Translations under genes and position numbers: made by a program
NCBI RefSeq assembly: GCF_006345805.1
Contig: NC_042998.1
Coordinates: 7,378,001-7,442,000 of the forward strand
Length of the DNA: 64,000 nt
Direction of reading: 5' to 3'
Source: Octopus sinensis
Taxonomy: Eukaryota
The notes under the pieces: model-generated
What the model saw: only the letters and a program-made list of their open reading frames with translations
Databases searched by the model: none
What the model was told of the DNA's origin: nothing
In this document: piece by piece, positions 61,350-64,000 of the stretch
How positions within the stretch are numbered: position 1 is the stretch's first letter
Layout of the letters: each line of letters begins with the position of its first letter

Positions 61350-62470
61350 TCCTGTCTTTCATAATTGTATCTGGATGGTTTACCTTCGTCTTTGGATTGG
61401 CAGAATCATCAGGGCATTGAAAACAATTCTTTGCTGGTGGCTGTCCTAAGAGCAGTTGGTTTCAATCCCATCTTTATAGGCTGGATCACCACAATGTCCA
61501 ACAGCATGTGCTTGGTGCTAAAACTAAATGGCCTCCTTTTCGTTTTTAGGGCTGCATAGCATTTAACCCCTGATTTGTCTAGGATGCCACTGCACCCCTC
61601 TCCTGTATGGCTTGACTTTGGAGCTATTGCTGTAGAGATGGAAACTTCGAAAGGGAACCTCACTCAAATTGGGTCAGAGGAGAGTCTTTTCTGCATATGC
61701 AAACAATATCTCTTTCACGGTATTGGACAGTTTGGATGTGGAAGCAGTGGACACAACACTGGAAGGGTACCAGGAATGTACAGGAGCATACATCAGGACA
61801 AGGTGATGGGCGTGGCACCTGGAAAGGCAAGCCCATGTTGGCCAGTGTCGATTTCTGTTTGCTGGACCAAGGGTCTTGTTGAGATGTTTGGAGTTTGAGT
61901 TATACCAGACTACCAGCTGGTCAGGAACTTGGAAGTTATCATGCATAGGGTGGTTTCATTTAGAAATGGGCCATGAAGGAAGTTGTCCCTGTAAGGCTGG
62001 GCAAAAGTGACTAATACCTAGAAGTCCTTGGTTTATTAGTGTGTTACAAGGGGGTAAAAATGAAATGCTTGAGACAAGCATTATGAGCACATAACTGTCT
62101 TGTCACAGATGAAATTATCCATGCATTAGCAAAACAACTCTGTAGTAAAAATCAACGTGCTGTTTTCCTCTGCAGAGGAAGACAATTTTCCCTTACTTCG
62201 TGGTATGGCAAAAGAAGAGTTTGAAGAAAGGCATTTTTCTTTCTGGCCAAACTCCCATCAACTTCAAGTACCACTTGAAGCGGAAGGTGGGGGTAGAGAG
62301 AGAGGTACTGCCTTTTAATGTGTTTAGCAAAAGGAGGATGAGAGTAGCTTGACTGATGAGGTTGAATAAGCTAACTCTGAGTGTGGTATTTTAAATTGGA
62401 GGAAAAAAGCTGGGAGAGGGCACTTTTTATGCCTTGGGTGTAGAACCTAGGCCGATGGGTGGAATTTGTA
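61350..62470 (+). mobile_element. Highly decayed Tx1/L1-like LINE RT remnant
   Basis: LRAVGFNPIFIGWITTM...KLNG and SAYANN (for YADD) fragments. Confidence 0.5.
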
Positions 62471-62564
62471 ACAAATTACTCTAGATAGTCATCTCTGCTA
62501 TTAAGATATTTTCTTGCTGGAATTTTTATTGTTGATCTTTTACTCATTGCAAACCCCACTTCCA

Positions 62565-62598
<34 letters not shown>

Positions 62599-62600
<2 letters not shown>

Positions 62601-62713
62601 CAATAAAAGGCTTCCAAATAAGGAAGTGTTGTGCTAGAATACAAAAAGGGATAAATTCATGAAAGGAATGTATTCTAGCACAACGCTTCCTTATTTGGAA
62701 GCCTTTTATTGTA
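62599..62713. repeat. 45-bp inverted repeat with 25-nt loop (probably a MITE)
   Basis: Arms 62599-62643 and 62669-62713 match at 44/45; TA at both ends. Confidence 0.85.
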
Positions 62714-63494
62714 TTTCTATATGAATAATATATAGTCTAATGACTAACTCGACTTTTGTGCTGGGTCACTGGTAATAATAATTTATTTTTATTACCCTTA
62801 TTATGTTTATATATATATATATATATATATATAAATATACTTCATACTTATATCCTCAATGTCTCAGCCTTTTGAGGTCAATAAAAGAACTAAGGCAACA
62901 GATTGACAGAATCAGTGGAACATTGGAAAAAATGCTTTGTATTATTTCTTCCACCTCTGTGTAGTCAGAGTTCAGATGTTGCTGAAGTCAGCTTTGCCTA
63001 GCATCTCTGTCTGGACTGAATAAAGTAAAGTACTAGTCCAGTACTGGGATCAATGGTATTGAGTAAAATCCTTCCTTCAAAACTGCTAACCTTGAGTCTA
63101 GATCGGAAATTATCATCAAATCATCACAAAAAAAAATGCCTTGTTTTATTTGTTAAATTTTGAGCTCAAATATTGCCAAGGTCAACTCTGTTTCCATGTT
63201 TTTTTTTGTGGTCAGTATAATCAACTTGCTCCCCTCCACCTTAAAGTTGATGACCTTGTGACAAAATTAGAAAGAATTATTATTAAGGTGGCAAGCCTTT
63301 TGCACATCAGACAAAATGCTTTGCAACATTTCTTCAGGCTCTTCACATTCTGAGTTCATCTTTGTTTTGACCCTGTTGGGGGTTTATAAAATAATGTGTC
63401 AGTCAAGTGCTGGGTCCAATATAATTAATCCCCCACCCTAAAATTGCAGGCCTTGAGCCAAAATTTGAAACAATTATCATCCTTATTATTTCAG

Positions 63495-63563
63495 ATTGCT
63501 CACGTCATTAGAGAAATACAAGTATTTCAGCAAACACCATACAGAATTGAACATCATCCAAGA
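63495..63563 (+). CDS. RasGRF: RasGRF exon 16 (IAHVIREIQVFQQTPYRIEHHPR)
   Basis: tttcag| and AGA|gtaaga; phase 0 to 0. Confidence 0.94.
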
Positions 63564-64000
63564 GTAAGAGATATCCAATTCCAAATTCTTGTTTCTTTAT
63601 ATGTATGACTGGAATATATTGTTACTTCATTTACATTGTTCTATATTGCTGTTTGACAGATTTCTTTTAAGCAATTATTTCCATGTAAAACACTTTAGCA
63701 TAAACTGATTAAAATATGACTGTACAGCCAGTGCTTAAACGATTAGCACCATCGAATTTAGAGCTTTTCTTCATAATACAATAGAGTAAAGGCTGATAAG
63801 TTTGTAGTTATATTCTCTGTTGGAGAAAAGAATATGTCACCTTGGCAATAAAATTACCAGTTCCGCCCTTGTAGTATCAATGTGTAGAAAACAGAGAAAT
63901 GATTTTTTATCATTTTTATAAAAAAAAGTTATTCTAAGCTGAAGCTCAAAAAAATTACCTAGATTTCAAACTCCTCTTACTGGAAGTAAGGAGGCAAGAA

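Larger units (their letters stand above)
5113..63563 (+). other. RasGRF: RasGRF gene span (partial, 16 coding exons; continues beyond both window ends)
   Basis: Manual GT-AG splicing gives one stop-free frame with consistent phases. Motifs [94 protein letters not shown] and VNFSKMRM match RASGRF1/2 as I recall them. Confidence 0.96.

Overview
AT-rich, repeat-dense metazoan genomic DNA. The SINE families and microsatellite load look like an Octopus genome; I recognise this from memory and have not searched it. The window lies entirely inside one large + strand gene, a RasGRF (Ras-specific guanine nucleotide-releasing factor, RASGRF1/2 ortholog). I traced 16 GT-AG coding exons (5113-63563, 2825 nt, about 941 codons) that splice into one open frame: end of PH2, the REM domain split by a roughly 450-aa Ser/Pro-rich insert, then most of the CDC25 RasGEF domain. 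Start and stop lie outside the window. The introns hold four recurring SINE-like families (labelled A-D here), LINE fragments (CR1/L2-, RTE- and Tx1-like, one with an intact RT ORF), two mariner elements, several MITEs and Helitron/Helentron-like elements. Most ORF-track entries are translations of these repeats. I found no tRNA, rRNA or CRISPR locus and no evidence of a new multi-gene system. The best leads are: a recursive-splice-type junction at exon 13; an inverted LINE pair around the frame-preserving exons 7-8; a MITE>SINE>LINE nest whose junction creates an in-frame ATG for an intact RT; three SINE families stacked at one regenerated target site; a fold-back mariner; several near-perfect intronic hairpins; and a possible alternative last exon in intron 2.
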